Sequence record: MN022785.1
DNA from: Escherichia phage VEc20
Strand: one strand, 5' to 3'
Length of the DNA: 64,000 nt
This document shows, piece after piece, positions 1 to 6,952 of this stretch; positions within the stretch are counted from its first letter, which is position 1, and every line of letters begins with the position of its first letter. Position numbers and translations under genes: made by a program. Under the pieces are notes generated by a model. That model did not search any database, had not been told where the DNA came from, and worked only from the letters and a program-made list of their open reading frames with translations.

Positions 1-61
1 GACCCATAAATAAATCTTTATCTTCTGTCATGAAGATAATACCAGCTGATAATGTTTTCAT
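1..61 (-). CDS. 5'-partial ORF (N-terminus MKTLSAGIIFMTEDKDLFMG..., runs off window start); possibly Nudix/NudE-like
   Basis: ATG at 61-59 overlaps the TGA stop of ORF 58..546 (ATGA coupling); position matches T4 nudE next to the e.x genes. Confidence 0.3.
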   Translation of the reverse strand, partial: MKTLSAGIIFMTEDKDLFMG

Positions 62-546
62 TTTAATTTCCTGCATTCAGTGATAAAGTTATTTAAATTT
101 TGAGCATATTTCTTTTCATCAAAAATCTTTTGTTGTCTGCGTAAACGCCATGGCATTTCAATGAACATACGCCATATTCCTGATAATACTGCTGCTGTAA
201 AAATATTAACAAGTATAGTTAAAAGAACCCAATCTCCTATTCTGTCCATTGGATTTTTTATAAAAAAGTAAAATACGAACGATGATATAGGAAGACTAAT
301 GATATACCACAGAAGAACCTTCTTATCTGTGAACCAATCAGCATTCGTTAACTTAGCGCGACCGTTTTGAATACATACGAACTTATCATCTGTTACAGTA
401 AATGGCTTAGCTGCTTGATATCCCATTCTAAACTCCCTAATCAACAAATTTTTCATATCTTCGGAACAACCATTCCAGTCAACTCTATCAACTGAAATGC
501 CATCATCCCCATCATCTAAATCATACCAGCGAGTTTTTAAAATCAT
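58..546 (-). CDS. small membrane protein (T4 e-region-like), C-terminal TM helix
   Basis: ORF track 162 aa; hydrophobic segment; ends ...FITECRKLK with ATGA overlap to next gene. Confidence 0.6.
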   Translation of the reverse strand: MILKTRWYDLDDGDDGISVDRVDWNGCSEDMKNLLIREFRMGYQAAKPFTVTDDKFVCIQNGRAKLTNADWFTDKKVLLWYIISLPISSFVFYFFIKNPMDRIGDWVLLTILVNIFTAAVLSGIWRMFIEMPWRLRRQQKIFDEKKYAQNLNNFITECRKLK

Positions 547-905
547 TTAATTTTCCTACAATCACTCACAAACTCTTTCATTGACTCATTTTCAATATAA
601 GACATGTAGCTATTATATTCTTTTAATTGTATTTTGTAATCTTTTTTTCTTTGCCAATTTATTTTAAAATTATCATAATGAAAATATAAAATGATACCAA
701 AGAATGAAAACAATGAAATAATTTTAGTATAACAAAGCTCACTCCAAACTTCTGTTATATTTACTGTGCCGTCGATGTTTAAAATAAGACAGTCAATTAA
801 CAATCCAAAAAGACTACCCGCAAGAGCTGCAGCCAACGCTACAGCAAAAATTAAAAATGACTCAGGAAGCGAATATTTGACTTTATTTAGTTTTGGCTTT
901 TGCAT
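543..905 (-). CDS. small membrane protein, two predicted TM helices
   Basis: ORF track 120 aa; hydrophobic segments; ends ...EFVSDCRKIK; ATGA overlap with downstream ORF. Confidence 0.6.
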   Translation of the reverse strand: MQKPKLNKVKYSLPESFLIFAVALAAALAGSLFGLLIDCLILNIDGTVNITEVWSELCYTKIISLFSFFGIILYFHYDNFKINWQRKKDYKIQLKEYNSYMSYIENESMKEFVSDCRKIK

Positions 906-1279
906 CGTGATTCCTTAACAAATTTCATAATTTCATCAAATTCATACATATCTAGCTTAAGCTGGTGTTCCTTTTTAATCTTTTTACACTGAGCTTTCCA
1001 ATCACGTACACGTTTACGATAATGTCTTCCTTGATACCAGTATCCTACCCAATTTACGGGTACTAATAAAAGTGGAACTATTAATGGAAGAATTAGCATT
1101 AACACAAGTATTTCGCCAGAATCAATATCAGTCATAACATCTAAAACACCTCCAATAATCAATAGAATTACAAATGATATGAGTATAACAGGACCTATTA
1201 ACACATCAGTAGAAATTATCTGACGCTTTGGTTCATACTTCACAGGTTTACTTGGAAGGTATAGTGATGGTTTTGACAT
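887..1279 (-). CDS. small membrane protein, two predicted TM helices
   Basis: ORF track 887..1300 trimmed to MSKPSLYL start with RBS AAGGAAT inside upstream gene tail; ends ...KFVKESRCKSQN. Confidence 0.55.
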   Translation of the reverse strand: MSKPSLYLPSKPVKYEPKRQIISTDVLIGPVILISFVILLIIGGVLDVMTDIDSGEILVLMLILPLIVPLLLVPVNWVGYWYQGRHYRKRVRDWKAQCKKIKKEHQLKLDMYEFDEIMKFVKESRCKSQN

Positions 1280-1850
1280 ATTCTCTACATTCCTTAACAA
1301 ATTTTTCTAGTAATAAATCACTTTCAAAATTGGGATTTTCTACAAATTTATCAAAAAGATCATCAACAATAGTTAAGATATTCTTTTTACTAAGAATACG
1401 TTTATTTTCATGCTTCGTTTCAGAATCAACTATAAGAGTAAAGAAATATTTCTTGCCCTGAAATTTTACAGTAGTATCAATATAAAATAAATTTGACTTT
1501 TGTAAATTACGTTTAAACCATGCGTCACTTAAACTATAAACACCGAGATAATCAAAATCGTCGTTTAAATAACAAACCGTCCATTCAGGAGAAATGAAAT
1601 CAGTAAATTCAACATCAAAATCACACGTCAATGAATGAATTGATTCAATACTGTTAATGAGTATTCCAGGACGTATTAAAGACTTTTTACCTCTAGAAAA
1701 TCTTCCGGAAAGGCTTTCATCAGTTTCATATGAAGACCCCCAATAGTAATTACGTCCTTCTGCCATGCGTTTAAGAGCATTTAGTAATTGGTCTGGAACA
1801 TCAACCTGTCTTTGGAACTCTTCAAACATTGAATTGAAATCACTTTGCAT
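1248..1850 (-). CDS. hypothetical protein
   Basis: ORF track 202 aa; second ATG has AGGA RBS; C-terminal ...KFVKECREY junction motif. Confidence 0.6.
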   Translation of the reverse strand: MQSDFNSMFEEFQRQVDVPDQLLNALKRMAEGRNYYWGSSYETDESLSGRFSRGKKSLIRPGILINSIESIHSLTCDFDVEFTDFISPEWTVCYLNDDFDYLGVYSLSDAWFKRNLQKSNLFYIDTTVKFQGKKYFFTLIVDSETKHENKRILSKKNILTIVDDLFDKFVENPNFESDLLLEKFVKECREYVKTITIPSK

Positions 1851-1897
1851 TTTCATTCCTATTTACTCCAAGTATAAGGGGCCGAAGCCCCTTATCA

Positions 1898-2491
1898 TTA
1901 TTTCAGAGAATTAATGTATTCCTGAACATCGGCAGAGGTAGTTTCAACCCCAGAAATATTACCGTTAAAGGTTTCAACTCGAGCAAGGGTATCTTCAATA
2001 TCAACCTTAGTCAGTGCTGCAATTTCAACTACATCATCAGCAGTACTAATTCCAAGGGCATTTGCTGCACGAGTTTCACGGATATATTCCAATTTAACCG
2101 CAAGTTCTTGACGAGCATCATCTAACTCAACTACTTTCTTGGCGATTTCAATTCGCATTTCAGCATAACCGTCAGCCTTAGTAGTCAACTGCTCAGCTGT
2201 TCGACGATATAGTAAACCGAGTTTAGCATGCATTGTTACATCTTGGCCTTCGGAAAGAAGTTTACGAATTTCACGCTCTTTTGATTCGGCCTGTCGATTC
2301 TTTTCGATAACAAGTTCACGAATACGTTTTTCTTCGTTAATAGATTTAACAGAAGCAGTTTTTAGATCTTTAATTTTATCAAGTAGTTTTGCTGCTGCAG
2401 CAGTATACTGTTCTTCGACAGATAGATTTTTAGCCATAGCAGAACCAAGTTTAGTGCGAATAAACTCAACAATTTTCTTCAGTGTGTTCAT
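1898..2491 (-). CDS. coiled-coil protein (possible PspA/IM30-like pattern, unverified)
   Basis: 197 aa, strongly charged heptad-rich sequence; followed by GGGGC-UUCG-GCCCC hairpin. Confidence 0.6.
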   Translation of the reverse strand: MNTLKKIVEFIRTKLGSAMAKNLSVEEQYTAAAAKLLDKIKDLKTASVKSINEEKRIRELVIEKNRQAESKEREIRKLLSEGQDVTMHAKLGLLYRRTAEQLTTKADGYAEMRIEIAKKVVELDDARQELAVKLEYIRETRAANALGISTADDVVEIAALTKVDIEDTLARVETFNGNISGVETTSADVQEYINSLK

Positions 2492-2593
2492 AGTATTTCC
2501 TTAGGTTAATTGAGATTTAAAATCCGTAGGAGTTATAATACTCTATCGTCAAATTATAGGCTCATAATATCTCAATCATGAGCCTGCGTAAAC

Positions 2594-2857
2594 TTATTTC
2601 ATATTATTGAAATATTCTTCTGCGATTTCGTCGTTATCATGGTAAACTTTAGAAGACAGTTTAACATAACCTTCTGCTGTGAACATATTAATCACAACTT
2701 TTACAGTATACCACTGACCGTCTTCATTACCCATTACTGCGTAAGTTTCAAACATCGGATGATCAGGACCGATAACTTTAATATCATTCACTGTACGACC
2801 GAAATCTTCTGAAACGCATTTCATAAAGAAGTTGAACAGTTCGCCGTAATTATCCAT
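2594..2857 (-). CDS. hypothetical protein (87 aa)
   Basis: ORF track 2594..2911 trimmed: start MDNYGELF at 2857 lies downstream of promoter 2902-2930 and has GGAG RBS. Confidence 0.55.
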   Translation of the reverse strand: MDNYGELFNFFMKCVSEDFGRTVNDIKVIGPDHPMFETYAVMGNEDGQWYTVKVVINMFTAEGYVKLSSKVYHDNDEIAEEYFNNMK

Positions 2858-2901
2858 TTCATTCTCCAAGTTGTTTTTCTGTATCAGTAGTTGATAGTTG
2901 T

Positions 2902-2930
2902 ATAGTACCATGGAAGAACAGGGATGTAAA
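2902..2930 (-). promoter_or_regulatory. sigma70-like early promoter candidate (-35 TTTACA, 17-nt spacer, -10 TACTAT)
   Basis: plus-strand tgtaaa ... atagta upstream of ORF 2594..2857. Confidence 0.5.
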
Positions 2931-3062
2931 CAGTTTTGTGAAAAAATTTTTAAAAAGTTTTAGGGAATTCTAGGGTCAGGAGGGACAATTAAAAGGTAGG
3001 ATAATATATTATAAAGGGTATAAACTAAATGATGCCTAGAGAGACAAGGAAAGGCCTAGATA

Positions 3063-3091
3063 CCAAAAAGCCCCAACCTTTTGGTCGGGGC
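3063..3091 (-). terminator. rho-independent terminator after the internal-protein-like gene
   Basis: minus-strand hairpin AGCCCCGACC-AAAA-GGTTGGGGCT followed by TTTTTGG. Confidence 0.65.
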
Positions 3092-3099
3092 TAAGAATG

Positions 3100-3561
3100 T
3101 TATTTGATTTGTTTAGCAGACCAAATGCGGTCTTTGATGATTTTTTGGAGGTCTTCAACATACTCTAGGTCATGAGCATGTGGATTATCTTTGAAACTAT
3201 GAGCTCGCGCAAGTTTCTGGCCTTCGGTCTTAATTATCAAAAGTTCTTTAAGAATTGCTTCATACCTAGAGATAATTCCTTTAGCAATATTTTTTTCTTG
3301 TGCTGCTTTAGGGTCAGCCTTAGGAGCAGGTTTACCAGAAGGTTTTTCGAAAGCCGCGCCAGTAGCAACCAGGCTTTTCCAGGCGGTGGTAACATAGTTA
3401 CCCACAAAGCCTTCAGCTCTCATATCGTCGTAGAACTTGTACCGAGATTCGTCAGAAGCATCTTTATAAGAATATTTACCAGCTTTAATAGCAGCAGTTG
3501 CTACAGCGCGAACATCTGAAGCGGATGCTTCGGTCATTAAAAATTGAGCATAAGTTTTCAT
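3100..3561 (-). CDS. internal-protein-like late protein with capsid-targeting-type N-terminus (MKTYAQFLMTE)
   Basis: 153 aa; AGGAAA RBS; own late promoter TATAAATA upstream and rho-independent terminator downstream; N-terminus resembles T4 IP leader MKTYQEFIAE. Confidence 0.65.
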   Translation of the reverse strand: MKTYAQFLMTEASASDVRAVATAAIKAGKYSYKDASDESRYKFYDDMRAEGFVGNYVTTAWKSLVATGAAFEKPSGKPAPKADPKAAQEKNIAKGIISRYEAILKELLIIKTEGQKLARAHSFKDNPHAHDLEYVEDLQKIIKDRIWSAKQIK

Positions 3562-3589
3562 TGTTATTTCCTGTGTTAATTAACTCATC

Positions 3590-3597
3590 TATTTATA
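3590..3597 (-). promoter_or_regulatory. T4 late promoter TATAAATA (gene 3100..3561)
   Basis: plus-strand tatttata; AGGAAA RBS and ATG 29 nt downstream on minus. Confidence 0.6.
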
Positions 3598-3598
3598 C

Positions 3599-3627
3599 TA
3601 AAAAGCCCCAACCTTTCGATCGGGGCT
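3599..3627 (-). terminator. rho-independent terminator ending the tRNA/stable-RNA transcription unit
   Basis: minus-strand hairpin GCCCC...GGGGC followed by TTTTT, then the late promoter. Confidence 0.6.
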
Positions 3628-3674
3628 AAGCCTTGCGGCAACCTTGTCGGGGTTCCACCTGCTAAGGCAAGTGT

Positions 3675-3840
3675 TTGTACGAAACGCCGGGATTCGAACC
3701 CGGTTATTAAGTAGTTGACGCTACTCAATATTTTTAAAAGGCCATATCTCGACCATATCCGAACGTTCCGTCAAAAACGCTACTCGGCTTACGGCAAAGA
3801 TATTTCCTCGAATCGATAATTCGGTGCGCCGTTTCTGCTG
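3675..3840 (-). ncRNA. tRNA-like stable RNA (T4 species 1/2-like); boundaries approximate
   Basis: minus-strand T-arm CCGGG-TTCGAAT-CCCGG followed by acceptor-like CGTTTCG; complementary GAAACG about 150 nt upstream; no ORF. Confidence 0.35.
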
Positions 3841-3934
3841 TGATAGTAAAGAGCCAGAACACAGTAAAACTGTGGGAGGAAACTATACTCCAGGGAACAT
3901 CAGTCCGACGACTTACCGGTAGCGACCCGGTTTC

Positions 3935-4285
3935 TTAATATTCTTTTAAAGAATCAATATATTCACGGCGTTTACGCCACAAATCAATTGCTTCATACGC
4001 GGATTCAGCATTTCGAATTAGCCGGCATTTATGTAAAGACTTATGATTTTGATATTGTGTAGATAACGGAATTGTATCTAAAAGGTCTTTACGATCAAAA
4101 TATTCGTAACCATCTAAACCAAATGAACGATTTTTGAGAAATTGCCAATGACCATATTCGTTTTCGACATAAACATAATCTGCATGCTGATAAAGCAAAT
4201 TAATTACACGTTCAGAAATAACAGTATCATTATGATTAAAATAGAATGTTAAATCATGAACTACTAAATAAACATTACCTTTCAT
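3935..4285 (-). CDS. hypothetical protein (116 aa) embedded between tRNA-Arg and the stable RNA
   Basis: ORF with GAGGAAAAT RBS directly before ATG; no recognisable motif. Confidence 0.6.
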   Translation of the reverse strand: MKGNVYLVVHDLTFYFNHNDTVISERVINLLYQHADYVYVENEYGHWQFLKNRSFGLDGYEYFDRKDLLDTIPLSTQYQNHKSLHKCRLIRNAESAYEAIDLWRKRREYIDSLKEY

Positions 4286-4303
4286 ATTTTCCTCACTTAT
4301 AAT

Positions 4304-4379
4304 TGGTCGAGGCAGTAGGGATCGAACCTACGACCTAGGACTTAGAAGGTCCTTGCTCTTCCTTCTGAGCTATGCCCCG
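4304..4379 (-). tRNA. tRNA-Arg (anticodon TCT)
   Basis: hand-folded cloverleaf: acceptor CGGGGCA/TGCCTCG, anticodon loop CTTCTAA, T-arm GTAGG-TTCGATC-CCTAC, CCA encoded. Confidence 0.85.
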
Positions 4380-4383
4380 TAAT

Positions 4384-4459
4384 TGGGGTGACCGATGGGA
4401 GTCGAACCCATGACTACGAGAATCACAATCTCGAGTTCTACCAACTGAACTACGGCCAC
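4384..4459 (-). tRNA. tRNA-His (anticodon GTG)
   Basis: acceptor GTGGCCG/CGGTCAC, anticodon stem CGAGA/TCTCG loop TTGTGAT, T-arm ATGGG-TTCGACT-CCCAT, CCA encoded; no encoded G-1. Confidence 0.7.
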
Positions 4460-4573
4460 ATTAATACCTACTCCAACAATCAAGATGTCTTCACACGAAA
4501 TTAAGAGAAGAGTGATCAGTTCAACCCCTATAATCGCGTCAAGTAGATATTAATGTGACAGTTGTCACAAATT

Positions 4574-4648
4574 TGGCGGACGTGATAGGATTCGAACCTA
4601 TAACCAATCGCTTAACAGGCGATCGCTCTGCCATTGAGCTACACATCC
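4574..4648 (-). tRNA. tRNA-Asn (anticodon GTT)
   Basis: acceptor GGATGTG/CACGTCC, anticodon stem ATCGC/GCGAT loop CTGTTAA, T-arm ATAGG-TTCGAAT-CCTAT, CCA encoded. Confidence 0.8.
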
Positions 4649-4652
4649 AAAT

Positions 4653-4739
4653 TGGTGGGGAGTGGTGGAGTCGAACCACCCGAGTCGCAATGACAATGAA
4701 TTTACAGTCCACACCGCTACATCTACGGGATAACTCCCC
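4653..4739 (-). tRNA. tRNA-Tyr (anticodon GTA), class II with long variable arm; D-arm fold uncertain
   Basis: acceptor GGGGAGT/ACTCCCC perfect, T-arm GGTGG-TTCGACT-CCACC, anticodon loop CTGTAAA with G-U-containing stem, 87 nt. Confidence 0.55.
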
Positions 4740-4748
4740 AAATTAATT

Positions 4749-4823
4749 TGGTGGCCCTGGGTGGAATTGAACCACCATCTGGCGATTATGAGTCGCTTGC
4801 TTGAACCTTCCAGCTACAGGGCC
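4749..4823 (-). tRNA. tRNA with anticodon CAT (Met-type; probably the T4-like lysidine-modified tRNA-Ile)
   Basis: acceptor GGCCCTG/CAGGGCC, anticodon loop CTCATAA, T-arm GGTGG-TTCAATT-CCACC, CCA encoded. Confidence 0.8.
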
Positions 4824-4824
4824 T

Positions 4825-4900
4825 TGGTGCTGATTGACGGAATCGAACCGCCGACCTTCTCATTACAAGTGAGTTGCTCTACCTACTGAGCTAAATCAGC
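4825..4900 (-). tRNA. tRNA-Thr (anticodon TGT)
   Basis: acceptor GCTGATT/AATCAGC, D-arm GCTC-AGTAGGTA-GAGC, anticodon loop CTTGTAA, T-arm GGCGG-TTCGATT-CCGTC. Confidence 0.85.
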
Positions 4901-4905
4901 AAAAC

Positions 4906-4995
4906 TGGCGGAGGCGATAGGATTTGAACCTATGAGTCGCCGGAGCGACTGCCGGTTTTCAAGACCGGTGCATTAAACCACTCTGCCACGCCTCC
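4906..4995 (-). tRNA. tRNA-Ser (anticodon TGA), class II
   Basis: acceptor GGAGGCG/CGCCTCC, anticodon stem CCGGT/ACCGG loop CTTGAAA, long variable arm, T-arm ATAGG-TTCAAAT-CCTAT. Confidence 0.85.
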
Positions 4996-4997
4996 AG

Positions 4998-5071
4998 TCT
5001 CCGTGGCAGGATTTGAACCTACGACATTCTGCTCCCAAAGCAGACGCTCTACCAAACTGAGCTACACGGAG
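4998..5071 (-). tRNA. tRNA-Pro (anticodon TGG); CCA not encoded
   Basis: acceptor CTCCGTG/CACGGAG, anticodon stem TCTGC/GCAGA loop TTTGGGA, T-arm GTAGG-TTCAAAT-CCTGC. Confidence 0.8.
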
Positions 5072-5081
5072 TAAATTAAAT

Positions 5082-5155
<74 letters not shown>

Positions 5156-5160
5156 AAATT

Positions 5161-5247
5161 TGGTGCGAGAAGTGGGACTCGAACCCACAAGGAAATCATT
5201 CCGCAGCATTTTAAGTGCTGTGCCTTTACCAATTTGACCATTCTCGC
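5161..5247 (-). tRNA. tRNA-Leu (anticodon TAA), class II
   Basis: acceptor GCGAGAA/TTCTCGC, anticodon stem CAGCA/TGCTG loop CTTAAAA, T-arm GTGGG-TTCGAGT-CCCAC, 87 nt. Confidence 0.85.
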
Positions 5248-5248
5248 G

Positions 5249-5321
5249 CTGGGAATAAAGGACTCGAACCTTTGCATCTAGCAGTCAAAGTGCTATGCCT
5301 TACCAACTTGGCTAATTCCCA
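5249..5321 (-). tRNA. tRNA-Gln (anticodon TTG); CCA not encoded
   Basis: acceptor TGGGAAT/ATTCCCA (U1-A72), anticodon stem TAGCA/TGCTA loop CTTTGAC, T-arm AAAGG-TTCGAGT-CCTTT. Confidence 0.8.
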
Positions 5322-5390
5322 ATTATTAACAAAGGCTCTCTAACAAGAACCCTTGATGATAGAGGGTATTAATCAGTGCGGTATGAGTTA

Positions 5391-5416
5391 ATAATAACAA
5401 ATAATTCTTAAAGCAT
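5391..5416 (-). promoter_or_regulatory. candidate T4 middle-type promoter (MotA box ATGCTTTA, 12-nt spacer, -10 TATTAT) upstream of the tRNA array
   Basis: minus-strand TATGCTTTAAGAATTATTTGTTATTAT about 65 nt upstream of tRNA-Gln 5' end. Confidence 0.35.
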
Positions 5417-5418
5417 AT

Positions 5419-5706
5419 TTACCATTTATGATAATACGTATTTACGATACATTCAAGACCCAAAGGATTCTTGAAAATATTATATTCAAGAGGACCTTTT
5501 TCCGTTTCAATAAAGAAATCAAAGTTAACTGTGTTAAATTTACGGTCTTCCTTCACTAATTTAACTTGAGAAGATGAACGGTCAATGTAAACCTTTTCAA
5601 CTTCAAAACAGGTTAAAATGCCATAATCATCAATCAAGGCTTTAGCTGCTTCTTGATCATATTTATATCCATTTTCAATGGATGATACTTTAGCATAAAG
5701 AATCAT
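5419..5706 (-). CDS. hypothetical protein (95 aa)
   Basis: ORF track; start overlaps stop of upstream ORF (coupled); no recognisable motif, no capsid-targeting leader. Confidence 0.55.
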   Translation of the reverse strand: MILYAKVSSIENGYKYDQEAAKALIDDYGILTCFEVEKVYIDRSSSQVKLVKEDRKFNTVNFDFFIETEKGPLEYNIFKNPLGLECIVNTYYHKW

Positions 5707-5708
5707 TA

Positions 5709-6107
5709 TCAGCCTTCATCAACAATAGTATGAGTATTGGCATTTACGATTTGCCACCAGTCAAAGCGATTAGAACCCATCGGTTTGTTTTCATTTTCTT
5801 TGATAATGTCACGGAGTTCATCTTCAGAGAATGCTTTAGCGATTAAATCGGTATACCCACCACGTGGATAATAATTATCACCTGCAAACAAAAGGAAATT
5901 TACCTTCCCGGAAGGAACATATGCTTCCTTAGGATACTTGTTTCCTGCGTGGTCAACCACTTCAATATAACGGTAAGGAATATCGGTTCTTTCAACCCAT
6001 TGCCATGCCGCCGCAGGGGAATCGAAAGCATCTACACCTAAACGATTATCTTCATCTTTAGACGGATTATTTTCGTAATCCGCATATACATAATATTCAA
6101 CGTTCAT
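5709..6107 (-). CDS. hypothetical protein (132 aa)
   Basis: ORF track; start overlaps stop of the 61-aa ORF. Confidence 0.55.
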   Translation of the reverse strand: MNVEYYVYADYENNPSKDEDNRLGVDAFDSPAAAWQWVERTDIPYRYIEVVDHAGNKYPKEAYVPSGKVNFLLFAGDNYYPRGGYTDLIAKAFSEDELRDIIKENENKPMGSNRFDWWQIVNANTHTIVDEG

Positions 6108-6292
6108 TATTCACCTTTAGAAATTTTATCCATAACGATAGCAATTAAACCAATTAAAAATGCTACTACAAGTGAAAAAACATTTTCTGCCGTAGTCAAT
6201 AATCCGCATATAAATCCAACAAACATTGAAAAACTGAAAGCGGAAGCAGAAATTGCAATAGCAACATTTCGAATTAATTCACAACGTTTCAT
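6107..6292 (-). CDS. small hydrophobic (membrane) protein, 61 aa
   Basis: ORF track 6107..6433 trimmed to MKRCELIRN with GAGGAG RBS, downstream of promoter copy at 6321-6349. Confidence 0.55.
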   Translation of the reverse strand: MKRCELIRNVAIAISASAFSFSMFVGFICGLLTTAENVFSLVVAFLIGLIAIVMDKISKGE

Positions 6293-6320
6293 TTTATTCT
6301 CCTCAGTAGTTGATAGGGTA

Positions 6321-6349
6321 ATAGTATCACTACCCCATCTAAAAGTAAA
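6321..6349 (-). promoter_or_regulatory. sigma70-like early promoter candidate (-35 TTTACT, 17-nt spacer, -10 TACTAT), module copy 1
   Basis: plus-strand agtaaa ... atagta with imperfect inverted repeat GATAGGGTA/TACCCCATC flanking the -10. Confidence 0.5.
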
Positions 6350-6350
6350 C

Positions 6351-6584
6351 TTATTTTTTACGAAAAATTGATTTATTTTCTGCTGCCCATTTTTCAATAA
6401 CTGCAGCAGGACCAGTAACAACAATTTTATCACCGTAATCTTCTGCGGCGAGTTGACCGAAATTATCTAATGCATCACGAAGAACTCCATGAGGCATTTC
6501 ACCCATTTTATCTTTCTTGCCGGTGTAAATAAACTCAACTTTTACATCAGAAGATTCAGCGATAAACTCTTTGAAAGTTTTCAT
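6351..6584 (-). CDS. internal-protein-like small protein with capsid-targeting leader MKTFKEFIAE (77 aa)
   Basis: N-terminus matches T4 IP leader pattern with I-A-E cleavage-type site; ORF-track start 6596 is an alternative in-frame ATG. Confidence 0.6.
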   Translation of the reverse strand: MKTFKEFIAESSDVKVEFIYTGKKDKMGEMPHGVLRDALDNFGQLAAEDYGDKIVVTGPAAVIEKWAAENKSIFRKK

Positions 6585-6621
6585 TTTAGTTTCCATTCGA
6601 TTGTTTTGTTTTGATAGGGTA

Positions 6622-6650
6622 ATAGTATCACAACTAAAACCCTATGTAAA
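6622..6650 (-). promoter_or_regulatory. sigma70-like early promoter candidate (-35 TTTACA, 17-nt spacer, -10 TACTAT), module copy 2
   Basis: plus-strand tgtaaa ... atagta; inverted repeat ATAGGGT/ACCCTAT. Confidence 0.5.
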
Positions 6651-6663
6651 CAACTTTGTGAAA

Positions 6664-6921
6664 TTATTTTAAATCTTCTAATCGTTTCTTCATCTTAGAA
6701 CCATTTTTAGCAATTTCTCCTGCATCGGAGCATAATGCTAAAAGTGCTTTAACTTTCGTTTGGTCTCCTTTAAAAGATGAAGGATCTACTGCAGCAGCAA
6801 GTTCTTTAATACGAGAGAAAAGACGCTCAGCTTCAGCTAAAGCCATTCCAAGCTTTACTTCCATACCGTGGGAAGATTCAGTGATAGTAGTTTTTGCAGC
6901 AAACTCTTTGAAAGTTTTCAT
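6664..6921 (-). CDS. internal-protein-like small protein with leader MKTFKEFAAKTTITE (85 aa)
   Basis: AGGAAAATAAAA RBS; N-terminus paralogous to 6351..6584, mature part unrelated. Confidence 0.65.
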   Translation of the reverse strand: MKTFKEFAAKTTITESSHGMEVKLGMALAEAERLFSRIKELAAAVDPSSFKGDQTKVKALLALCSDAGEIAKNGSKMKKRLEDLK

Positions 6922-6952
6922 TTTTATTTTCCTAATTAATTTTGATGAGGTA

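Noticed and set aside
2858-2911. N-terminal extension of ORF 2594..2911
   Set aside because: The extension overlaps the promoter -10 and spacer; the ATG at 2857 with a GGAG ribosome-binding site is downstream of the predicted transcription start.
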